DNA of 64,000 nt. Source: Candidatus Latescibacterota bacterium (GTDB lineage Bacteria; Latescibacterota; UBA2968; UBA8231). Shown piece after piece: positions 40,737 to 49,467 of this stretch. The stretch lies in assembly GCA_965215195.1 (NCBI GenBank), contig CBDCDC010000001.1, positions 960,001 through 1,024,000 on the forward strand. The letters are read 5' to 3'. The position numbers and the translations under genes were made by a program. Positions within the stretch are counted from its first letter, which is position 1. Every line of letters starts with the position of its first letter. The notes under the pieces were generated by a model. It saw only the letters and a program-made list of their open reading frames with translations, searched no databases and was not told the DNA's origin.

Positions 40737-43541
40737 GTGTTGAAAGCGATGCGGAGTCTTGCAGTGATCGGTGCTTTACTAGGCCTAACCCCGGCGCATG
40801 GGCAGGAGGACTATCAGGCTCGGCTAGGGGTACAGCGGGGTGGTGCTGTCAGTTTTGAGCCTATCGGCCCGGGAGTATTATTTGGCGCACTCGACCCGAC
40901 CGTCAAAAAGTGGTACGTGCCGCAGGAGCTGTACGTGGACTACGGTTGGCGTCAATGGGAATACTCCAACTACGCCCGCACCCCGTATGAGCGCTACGTC
41001 AACACAACCCGCGAGGGTGCTTACTTCTACGATGTGTACGGCAACTTCACCACCCATGGTTGGCTGATCTACGACTGGCGTCAAGACCAGCCGTTGCCCT
41101 TGGGCAGTGGTATCTTCCAAGGTACGCGTTTTAATACTTGGTTCAATGCAGTGACCATCAGCGGTGATTCGCAAGGGCAGTACCACTACGCGATCACGGT
41201 CGGCGACCGGATCCGCACGACCTTGACGCCGATGACCTTTTCCAAGCCGGACTTCAATGGGGTGCAGGTGGATTTTGCCTCAGACAAGTACCAAGCGACG
41301 ATCCTCGCCTCGCGCATCAGCGAGCCGATCCGAGGCTCCTCGCAGGGCCTCGGCGGCAGCACCGAGCCGGTGACCCAGACCAACACGACCTCAATGTTTG
41401 GTGGGCGGGCGACGTTCCAGGTCGGCGACTTCATCACGCTGGGAGCCACGCTAGTTGATGCCCGCAACGCCAATACCACCCTCGATCTCTTCGCTGGCGA
41501 CCTGATCGCTGGCAGCCTCACGGCTGGGCAAAGCACGACCCCCCTAACGGCTATTGCGGTGATCCTCAGCGACGATTCGCCCGCAGACAACGAAGGGGGC
41601 GCAGCCCTGTTTAGCCACGACGTGCGGATCACCAGCCGCGACTTCGACACCGGCAAGGAGACGGTTTCTACCCTGCAGGAGGTGGTCCGCCCCGGTGCGC
41701 AGTGGCCGGTCCTCTTCGGGGGATTTCGGCGGCCGGGCTTTCTGGCCGCGGACGGTCCAGAGCGGATCATCGTCAACTACGACTTCAACGACCCGGCCTA
41801 CGTGGGCCCGGATCCGACGACCATTGTCGCGGTGGACTTCAACTACGTGCTGGCCAACGACTTCAAGGTCGAGATGTGGTCCGACCGCCAGACAGGTCAG
41901 CGGGCGGTCCCGGCGGCCCCGCTGACTAGCGAAGTAATCGACAATAGCCAGCCGGCCTTTGTGGTACTCCGGCGCGCCGAGGGCAATGTAAAAGACATCT
42001 CCAACTTGCAGCGCATCAAGTTCGACTATGGCTTGCCGACAGCCAACCTAATCGGCGGCTTTACTATTGAAGGTGCCGACGCATTTGGCTTCGACTTCTA
42101 CGGCGAGTGGGATCGCAACAAGCGCTATGCTCAGTACCCCAATGCCGCGCTCTTCAACGAGGGGAAGAAACACGCGATCTCCTCCGAGGCATCCGACGCT
42201 TGGCACTTCAATGTCTCGCGCAATGTGTTCCCCTACTTCCTCTACGGCGAGGCCTACGCCATCGATGAAGCCTATTCGACCACCACCTTTCTGGTCAATG
42301 CCAACGGCGACGTGCAATACGACAATAGTCAGCGACACTTCTACGAATTCGTCGATGACAATGACGACCAAGACCGTTTCCCTGACTGGGTTCGCTTCGG
42401 CACGATCAACGACCGGGCAATCTACCCAGGTTGGGACCAGAACAACGACTTCATCTCGGATTTCAACCAGAATGACAACGCCACCGTGGGCAATATCACC
42501 CCCGACTACGAGGAGCCGTTTCTGCGCTACAACGTCGATCGGCCGGAGTTTCTCTTCGGCATTGACCTCAACAACAACAATTGGATCGACCGCTTTGAGG
42601 ACGACGACTTGCCCGATTTCCCTTATAAACCCGATCGGCGGGGGTTTAATGTCTTCGGGGGGGTGCATTTGATGCCGGAGGCTCGGCTGATCGTCGGCCG
42701 CACGGACGAGGAGTCACAGACAACCGACGCGACTAACGTGACCAACTACGCGATGTTCGCCTTCGACAAGAACTATTCGGGCTTGGGACGCCTGCGGGTC
42801 TTCGATATGATCAAGCAGGCTAAGGACACCATACCTGATGCCCGCCGCGAACCTACGCCCTTTGAGGGTGCGCCGATCCAGCCAGTAGTCCGCGATATTC
42901 TTCCGGCGCAGGACACTTGGATCAACACTGCCTTCGTGCAGTTCGACTACAAGGGTATCGAGGGCTTGAACGTGGTCAACAAGCTCAAGTGGGAGACCTT
43001 CAGCCAGAACCAAGCCGAGACTCGCGATGCTAACGGCCGCCTGATGGAGGACGAAGCCAGCTTTTTCGGCTTGATCAACAAGGTTGACTACACCTACGGC
43101 TTGGGGCGTTTGGACTTGCAGCCGAGACTCAAAAGCGAACTTCTGCGCCAGACAGCCTTTCTGGTCGCAGAAGACGATCGCAAGGAATGGACGGCAACGG
43201 CGCAGTTAATAGCGACCTTGCCAGTACTCCGCCACACGATTGTTCAGGCCGGGCTGGAGCAGTTGTGGTTCAGTAACCAGAGCTTGGACGAGGATGCCCT
43301 TATTGCGGCTGGTCGCCAGCAGGAGACGGGCGACCTGAGTTCGACCAATGTCGCCGTACAGATCTCGACCACCTCGGATTATCTGGGCTACCGGCTGACG
43401 ACCCAGATTGGCCTGCGCTACGGCCGGATCTTCACCGAACAGGTGATCGAGGACAGCGACCGTCTGGGTACCTTTGTGATTGGCGATGAGAGCAGCAACG
43501 AGACGACCAGTTTTATTACGGTCTTCGCCGGGCTAGAGTGA
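40737..43541 (+). CDS. Large exported protein, probable outer-membrane beta-barrel with acidic Ca-binding-like loops (paralog 1)
   Basis: Signal peptide (PAHG-Q); DDNDDQD, DQNNDFISDFNQN, IDLNNN; alternating beta-strand pattern near the C-terminus, ending FITVFAGLE; start uncertain (40737/40749). Confidence 0.65.
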   Translation: MLKAMRSLAVIGALLGLTPAHGQEDYQARLGVQRGGAVSFEPIGPGVLFGALDPTVKKWYVPQELYVDYGWRQWEYSNYARTPYERYVNTTREGAYFYDVYGNFTTHGWLIYDWRQDQPLPLGSGIFQGTRFNTWFNAVTISGDSQGQYHYAITVGDRIRTTLTPMTFSKPDFNGVQVDFASDKYQATILASRISEPIRGSSQGLGGSTEPVTQTNTTSMFGGRATFQVGDFITLGATLVDARNANTTLDLFAGDLIAGSLTAGQSTTPLTAIAVILSDDSPADNEGGAALFSHDVRITSRDFDTGKETVSTLQEVVRPGAQWPVLFGGFRRPGFLAADGPERIIVNYDFNDPAYVGPDPTTIVAVDFNYVLANDFKVEMWSDRQTGQRAVPAAPLTSEVIDNSQPAFVVLRRAEGNVKDISNLQRIKFDYGLPTANLIGGFTIEGADAFGFDFYGEWDRNKRYAQYPNAALFNEGKKHAISSEASDAWHFNVSRNVFPYFLYGEAYAIDEAYSTTTFLVNANGDVQYDNSQRHFYEFVDDNDDQDRFPDWVRFGTINDRAIYPGWDQNNDFISDFNQNDNATVGNITPDYEEPFLRYNVDRPEFLFGIDLNNNNWIDRFEDDDLPDFPYKPDRRGFNVFGGVHLMPEARLIVGRTDEESQTTDATNVTNYAMFAFDKNYSGLGRLRVFDMIKQAKDTIPDARREPTPFEGAPIQPVVRDILPAQDTWINTAFVQFDYKGIEGLNVVNKLKWETFSQNQAETRDANGRLMEDEASFFGLINKVDYTYGLGRLDLQPRLKSELLRQTAFLVAEDDRKEWTATAQLIATLPVLRHTIVQAGLEQLWFSNQSLDEDALIAAGRQQETGDLSSTNVAVQISTTSDYLGYRLTTQIGLRYGRIFTEQVIEDSDRLGTFVIGDESSNETTSFITVFAGLE

Positions 43542-43560
43542 TATGAGACGAGGGCGAACG

Positions 43561-46518
43561 ATGTTGAGACGCACGGCGATTTTCGTCGTTCTATCCTTGG
43601 CGCTGGGCGAAGCGAATGCTCAGCGCATGGATTACGGCAACCGCGTGGGGCACCGCGTGGGCGAACAAGTGCGCTACTCCTCGGTCGGCGCAGCGGTCGA
43701 TATGGACGTGTTAGACCCAACGGTCATGCGCTGGTACATGCCGCAGGAGCTCTTCAGCGAATACGGACGTCGCCAATGGAGCTACACCAACTACGCCAGA
43801 GAACCCTACCGCCGCTACCTAGACCGCAATCTCGATGGCAACTACTTTTACGACGCCTATGGGGATTTTATCACCCGCGGCTACGTCATCTACGACTGGC
43901 GCCAGATCCAGCCGCGTACTTTCGAGAGCAGCTCTATCACTAAGACAGGCCGCTACGCGAACTGGTTCAACCGTTTAATTATCACTTCAGACCAAACCAG
44001 CACCTATAGCTACTCAATTATCGTCGGCGACGAGATTCGCACCACGTTGACGCCGATGACCTTCAATAAGGTTGGTTTCAACGGGGTGGTGACCAACTTC
44101 GCGGCGGGTCGCATCCGGGCTACGGGCCTGTTTTCGCGGGTGACCCTGCCCATCATCCATATTGACGCGGATGTGCCGACAGCCTCGTTGGAGAACTTTT
44201 CCAACTTGGCAGCCGGCCGTCTTGAACTTGATGTGGCCGACCAAGCAACCTTGGGGCTGACGTTGGTCAACGTTCACAACGGCAACGGCGTACGCGAAAG
44301 TTTCCAGGGTAACCCACTCAAAGGCCAGTTGACTTCGGGTCAGCTCGACCGCCAATTGAACCTGCTGGTAGTCAGGCTTGCGGATGATTCGCCCGAAGAT
44401 GGTGAAGGCGGTGCGGTGCTCTTCAGCGACGACGTGGAAATCGCCACCACTCTGCTCCGCGAGGTCGCAGTGGGTGACAGCGTACAGCTAGTAGGGCGCG
44501 ATACCACCATCGTCGGTAGCGGCATAGGCTTTCGCCCGGTGCGCGATGGGGGCGAGCTCCGCGACGGCTTTTTGCGCGCCGATGGCGCAGAGAGCATCGT
44601 GCTCAAGTACGTGCTGGCACCCGAGGATGATGCCTCTGAGGAAGGCTCCCTGCGCTTGCTTTTGCAGCAGAGGCTAGGGCTGACTCTGGCAGAGGCCGCC
44701 GACGCGGTCTCCGCGATCAAAAGCGTGAGATTCCGCTTGGTGCTGGCCAACGACTACCGGGTGGAGGTGTCGTCCGATCGCCAGACCAATCGCTCGGGCC
44801 AGCCGCAATTTATTGTCATGGAGCGGGCACCGGGCAATATCAAGAACGAACTCAACCAGCGCGAAGTCGTCATCGACTACGGCCTGCCGACGGCCAGCCA
44901 GATCTTCGGAGCTAGTGCTGAGCTGCGCGACTTTTACGGCTTCGACTTCTACGGCGAGTTCAACGTCAGCAACCAGTACCGGCAATATCCCTCAATCAAC
45001 CGCAAAAAGCACAAGAGTTTCTCGGGCATCGTCGACGACGAGGCCGCACTCGGCTGGATGTTCAACTTGGCGCGGAAGTCCGGTCCGTGGCTGCTCTTTC
45101 TGGAGGGCTTCGGCATGGACGAGATGTATTCTACCAGTGTGCTGCCGGTCGATGGCCGCGGCGTGGCCGACTACTCGCCTCAAGCCACCAACCTGCTCTA
45201 CGATTTAGTCGACGACAACGATGACCACGACCGGCACCCGGACCAATTGCGGATTTTTCAGGGGAGTTTGATCCCGCCGCAGACTACCTCAATCAGCAAC
45301 TTCACGGTGACTTCCGAGGGGGTAGCCGACCCGGCGGTTTTCCCCGGCTACGACGAAAACGGTGATTTTATCTCTGATTTCAACCAGAACGGCAATGGCG
45401 ACACGGAGAATCTTTTTCCCGACTACGAAGAGCCTTTCCTGCGCTATCACTCGGACCGACCAGAGTTCCTCTTTGGCATTGACTTGAACAACAACGGATG
45501 GGCCGAGCGCTTTGAAAACGACGATTTGCCCGACTATCCCTATAAGAAGGACCACTGGGGCTACAACGCCTACGCCCGAGTCCAAGTCAATCCAAAGGTG
45601 CGCCTGACGGGCGGTTTCCTCTATCAGGATCAGCGCGAAACCGATCGCCGCAATGAGACGGCCTATGGAATTTTGACCTATCAGCAGACTTGGCCCACTT
45701 GGGGCTCCTTGCGGGTCTATGACATGCTAAAAAGGGCTGAGGATACCATCCCCGACCCGCTCTCGCAGTGGATCCTACCCGAGCTAGAGTTGGGTAGTGT
45801 CGTCGAAGAAGTCAGTGGGCGCAACGTCTCGGTACCCGACCTTTTGGCCGCTGAGGACACTTGGATCAATACGTTCTATGCAGACTGGGAGTATAATAGC
45901 CCGCGACGCTGGGCCACGCGGCACCGCTTCAAGTGGGATTGGTGGCACCAGCGCAACGCGGACGCGGTCTTCTCCCTCGACGAGACCGGGGAGAGGATTC
46001 TCGATGTGGAGGGGGATCCGGTGGTGCTTTTCGACCCGCTCGGTCCCGAAGGGCGCAATGGCCGTAAGACCGCGGGCTTCATTGGGCTAATCGACAAAAT
46101 TAGCTACGCCTTTAACTGGCGACGGCTGTGGCTTTCACCTAGGTTCAAAAGCGAATTTCTACGCCAAGTGCCATTTAACCGCGACTTGGCTAAGCGGCGC
46201 TCTTGGGACGCCTTGTGGTCGTTCTTGGTGCGCTTTCCGCTCTTAGTGCGCTCCAGTGTTGACCTCGGCGTTGAACAGCGCCAGTTCTACAATCTCATAG
46301 CCGACGAGGATAAACTGGCAGCAGGGGAGCGAACCGGAGACTTCAGAGGCACGGTCTTGGCCGTGCAATTAACCAATCGCAGGGATTACTTGGGCTACGA
46401 ACTTACTGCCCAGCTCGGCCTGCGCTACGACCGACGTGCGCTCGAAGTTGTCGATGGTGACGCTGAGACGCGCACGGCGGGGCTGGCCTTCCTTTCGGTT
46501 TTCGCCAGTCTGAGGTAG
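43561..46518 (+). CDS. Large exported protein, probable outer-membrane beta-barrel (paralog 2)
   Basis: Signal peptide (EANA-Q); shares LDPTV..WY.PQEL, IRTTLTPMTF, DDSP.D.EGGA, DYGLPTA, PDYEEPFLRY..DRPEFLFGIDLNNN with paralog 1; ends FLSVFASLR; alternative start 43543. Confidence 0.65.
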   Translation: MLRRTAIFVVLSLALGEANAQRMDYGNRVGHRVGEQVRYSSVGAAVDMDVLDPTVMRWYMPQELFSEYGRRQWSYTNYAREPYRRYLDRNLDGNYFYDAYGDFITRGYVIYDWRQIQPRTFESSSITKTGRYANWFNRLIITSDQTSTYSYSIIVGDEIRTTLTPMTFNKVGFNGVVTNFAAGRIRATGLFSRVTLPIIHIDADVPTASLENFSNLAAGRLELDVADQATLGLTLVNVHNGNGVRESFQGNPLKGQLTSGQLDRQLNLLVVRLADDSPEDGEGGAVLFSDDVEIATTLLREVAVGDSVQLVGRDTTIVGSGIGFRPVRDGGELRDGFLRADGAESIVLKYVLAPEDDASEEGSLRLLLQQRLGLTLAEAADAVSAIKSVRFRLVLANDYRVEVSSDRQTNRSGQPQFIVMERAPGNIKNELNQREVVIDYGLPTASQIFGASAELRDFYGFDFYGEFNVSNQYRQYPSINRKKHKSFSGIVDDEAALGWMFNLARKSGPWLLFLEGFGMDEMYSTSVLPVDGRGVADYSPQATNLLYDLVDDNDDHDRHPDQLRIFQGSLIPPQTTSISNFTVTSEGVADPAVFPGYDENGDFISDFNQNGNGDTENLFPDYEEPFLRYHSDRPEFLFGIDLNNNGWAERFENDDLPDYPYKKDHWGYNAYARVQVNPKVRLTGGFLYQDQRETDRRNETAYGILTYQQTWPTWGSLRVYDMLKRAEDTIPDPLSQWILPELELGSVVEEVSGRNVSVPDLLAAEDTWINTFYADWEYNSPRRWATRHRFKWDWWHQRNADAVFSLDETGERILDVEGDPVVLFDPLGPEGRNGRKTAGFIGLIDKISYAFNWRRLWLSPRFKSEFLRQVPFNRDLAKRRSWDALWSFLVRFPLLVRSSVDLGVEQRQFYNLIADEDKLAAGERTGDFRGTVLAVQLTNRRDYLGYELTAQLGLRYDRRALEVVDGDAETRTAGLAFLSVFASLR

Positions 46519-46531
46519 ATGAACCCACGGC

Positions 46532-48274
46532 ATGAGCGGTGTTTCTACGGTGCAAGGCTGGATCATCAATCGCGGCTACGATGCAATTTTTTTTATTGGT
46601 ACGCCGTTTTTGTCGCTAGTCGCGTTGCTCGTCGCCTCACAGTACTTCAGTTCGGCCAACATTGCTTGGTTCGTGTTGGCGTTCTTTGCGGTGGGCCACC
46701 ACTTACCCGGTTTCATGCGTGCCTACGGCGAAAGAGAGCTTTTCGACCGCCATAAGACAACCTTCCTCGTCTCTCCGCTAGTGGTAACCGCCTTCGTAGC
46801 TTGGAGTGTATTCAACGGCTATCTGGGCTTCTTCATCTTCTTAGCCCTATGGGATCTGTGGCATTTCTTCATGCAGCACTACGGCTTCATGAGGATCTAC
46901 GATGTCAAACGCCGAAAGCCCTCCCGCCTCAGCGCACGGCTGGACTGGTGGCTGACGGCCTTTTGGTTTGGCTATATCATCATCGACAGTCCCCATTACT
47001 TGATCAATTTCCTCGAGCGCTGCCACCGCTACGGCTTCGGCCTCTACACTTGGATTACACCGGAGTTTCTCTTAGAGCTTAGAGAGTGGGTTTTCTATCT
47101 GGCCCTCGGAATAGCCTTCCTCTACGTAGTAAACATGGTCGGAGAACGGGCGCGGGGCATACCAGTAGTTTGGCCGAAGTTGGCAATTTCGCTTACGACC
47201 TTCGCCACCGTTTATTATGCCTATATTGTCCTCGAAGACATCATTCTCGGCTACGCGATTACGGCCTTGGCTCACGATATTCAATACTTTGCCATCGTCT
47301 GGATTTACAACCACGGGGTGCTCAAGCGCTCGCAGGAGTTGGGCACGTCCTTCTTCCGCTTCTTGTTTTCCGACGGCCGCTTCCGCATCGTATTGTTCTA
47401 TGTGATTCTGATTTTGGCTTATGGCGGAATTGAGGCCCTAGCCCGAGCGACAGAGAACTATCTAATATACGATGTGGTTAAGGTCATCATCGCCGCTTCA
47501 GCTTTTTTGCATTACTACTACGACGGTTTTATGTGGAAAGTGCGAAAAAAAGAGATACGCCAGAACTTCGTCGCCGGGGATGAGGGCGAAGCGATCTCGG
47601 TGAGGCGCAAGGGGCTACGCGAAAAGCTACAGGAAAGCGTCGGGTGCTGGGTGGGGTTGCGCTATGCATTCGAGACAGGGCGACAAGTGCTCTACTTTGG
47701 CGTACCCATTCTCTTTTTGGCTTGGAGCGATGCCACCTATTCGGTGTCGGATCTGGAAGTAGGAGAATACATGGCGCGAATGACGCCGAACGTGGGCAAA
47801 ATCCACGACGCCTTGGGCAGGGCCTACGTACAGCAAGGCCAGTACGATCGCGCGATAGAAGAGCACCAAAAAGCGGTGGACTTGGAGCCTGAATTCGCAC
47901 CGGCCTATACCCATCTCGGCATCGCCTATTCGCTATCTGGCGACTCGGACCGAGCCATAGAACTCCACCTCAAGGCCATCGACTTAGAGCCAGAAATGGC
48001 CCAGGCCCATTACAATCTAGGCGTGGATTATTGGGGAATGGGCAAGCTAATCGAGGCGGAGCGGGCTTTCAAGCGGTCAATTGAAGAGGATAGCCAGTAT
48101 ATTCGCGCATATAAAGCCCTATCTCAAGTGTATAGAAAACAGGGAAATAGAGCAGAGTATGTCAGAATTTCCGCCCTAGTCCGCGACCTAGAAAAGGCGA
48201 CTCAACGCAGGGAGTTGAGCCGCAGCGCGATGCCGTGGGCTACGGGCACTGCACTAGCCGAGAACACCCGCTGA
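46532..48274 (+). CDS. Polytopic membrane protein with His motifs and C-terminal TPR repeats
   Basis: Many TM segments; GHH, WHFFMQHYG, AHDIQY, LHYYYDGFMW; about four TPRs (e.g. AYTHLGIAY, AHYNLG). Confidence 0.8.
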   Translation: MSGVSTVQGWIINRGYDAIFFIGTPFLSLVALLVASQYFSSANIAWFVLAFFAVGHHLPGFMRAYGERELFDRHKTTFLVSPLVVTAFVAWSVFNGYLGFFIFLALWDLWHFFMQHYGFMRIYDVKRRKPSRLSARLDWWLTAFWFGYIIIDSPHYLINFLERCHRYGFGLYTWITPEFLLELREWVFYLALGIAFLYVVNMVGERARGIPVVWPKLAISLTTFATVYYAYIVLEDIILGYAITALAHDIQYFAIVWIYNHGVLKRSQELGTSFFRFLFSDGRFRIVLFYVILILAYGGIEALARATENYLIYDVVKVIIAASAFLHYYYDGFMWKVRKKEIRQNFVAGDEGEAISVRRKGLREKLQESVGCWVGLRYAFETGRQVLYFGVPILFLAWSDATYSVSDLEVGEYMARMTPNVGKIHDALGRAYVQQGQYDRAIEEHQKAVDLEPEFAPAYTHLGIAYSLSGDSDRAIELHLKAIDLEPEMAQAHYNLGVDYWGMGKLIEAERAFKRSIEEDSQYIRAYKALSQVYRKQGNRAEYVRISALVRDLEKATQRRELSRSAMPWATGTALAENTR

Positions 48275-48282
48275 GAAAATCA

Positions 48283-48312
48283 TTGACAAACCAATCCTTT
48301 TTTTGTTATTTG
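48283..48312 (+). promoter_or_regulatory. Candidate sigma70-type promoter
   Basis: Perfect TTGACA at 48283 followed 18 bp later by a weak TATTTG preceded by TG; AT-rich gap. Confidence 0.4.
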
Positions 48313-48427
48313 GCAATTTATATAGAGAGTGTTCGACGCAAATACTCTCAAGTAAAGGCGGTTGCCAACGGTGGCAGGTGTGACACCGCTTTTTACGTTT
48401 AACCTTATTATAATGGAGGTCTCAACA

Positions 48428-49354
48428 ATGAGAAAATTGTTAGCTTTCGCCGCCACGGCGTTGATGCTGACTAGCACGGCTAGCCTCGCCCACTTTCCAG
48501 AAGGCCAGATCTTCGGGGCGTGGCAGTGGCCGTCGACCCATCTTCCTAACTTGGATGGCGACATCTCCGAGTGGAATGTGCTACCGGATGAGCTGTGGAT
48601 CGACATCTTCCAGACGGAAGTCGCCGAGGGCGATATCGGTCGCGAGATCGACACTGCCAATCTCAACTTCCGCGTCGCTGTTGGTTGGAACGACGAACTG
48701 GACCGCATCTATTATGTCTATGACCGCTTCGACGACATTTGGGATCGCGATGCCGGCGGCTTTGGCTGCTGCGGCCAAGATGACAGCATCGAGATTTTCC
48801 TCGACGCCGACCATAGCGCCGACCGCTTCGCCTTTTGGGATGGCGACTACGAGGACCCGGAGGAACGCGCCCGCAACAACGGCCGCACCAACCAGACGGG
48901 GCACTACCGCTGGCCGGCTCTCGAGCCTTTTGGCTTCTACTGGTTCTGGCTGAGTAGCTCAACTTGGCACGACAAAGAGCCTTATTCGTGTTGCCCGACC
49001 TCCTTCAATCTCGATGGGGCCCACGGCACCGAGGCCAACTTCCAAGCCGAGTGGTACACGGTTGGTTGGGATGATTTTGATCACAACAGCCCCGAAAACA
49101 GCATCCTCCACGATTTTGTCGAGGGAGAGATCATCGGCGTTGGTATCCAAGTCGTCGATAACGACAACGGCCCGAGTTCGGATGATCCTCGAACCGCCAA
49201 GTGGGCGCTGGGCGGTCAGCCCTGCATCAATGGCGACGGTGCCTGCGGCAGCGACTACATTTTGCTGCCGGTCCAAACCGATCTACTGCCGGATCAGATG
49301 TCGGCTATCGAGGGCAATAGCTGGGGCCACATCAAGGCTTCGTTCGGCCAATAG
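48428..49354 (+). CDS. Secreted CBM9/DOMON-like protein with SWGxIK C-terminal motif
   Basis: GGAGG RBS, signal peptide (ASLA-H); PNLDGDISEW, GWN..RIY, DSIEIFLDAD, IGVGIQVVDND; tail SAIEGNSWGHIKASFGQ. Confidence 0.72.
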   Translation: MRKLLAFAATALMLTSTASLAHFPEGQIFGAWQWPSTHLPNLDGDISEWNVLPDELWIDIFQTEVAEGDIGREIDTANLNFRVAVGWNDELDRIYYVYDRFDDIWDRDAGGFGCCGQDDSIEIFLDADHSADRFAFWDGDYEDPEERARNNGRTNQTGHYRWPALEPFGFYWFWLSSSTWHDKEPYSCCPTSFNLDGAHGTEANFQAEWYTVGWDDFDHNSPENSILHDFVEGEIIGVGIQVVDNDNGPSSDDPRTAKWALGGQPCINGDGACGSDYILLPVQTDLLPDQMSAIEGNSWGHIKASFGQ

Positions 49355-49382
49355 GCGCGAACAACTAGCAGTTTTACTAATT

Positions 49383-49419
49383 AAGGAGGGAGGGTAGAGT
49401 TGCTCTACCCTCCCTCCTT
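49383..49419 (+). terminator. Perfect 17-bp hairpin (terminator or mRNA-stabilising stem)
   Basis: aaggagggagggtagag-ttg-ctctaccctccctcctt, followed by gtatttat. Confidence 0.75.
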
Positions 49420-49467
49420 GTATTTATGTATGATATGTACATTCTACAAACCTTGGGGATAGCGAGC

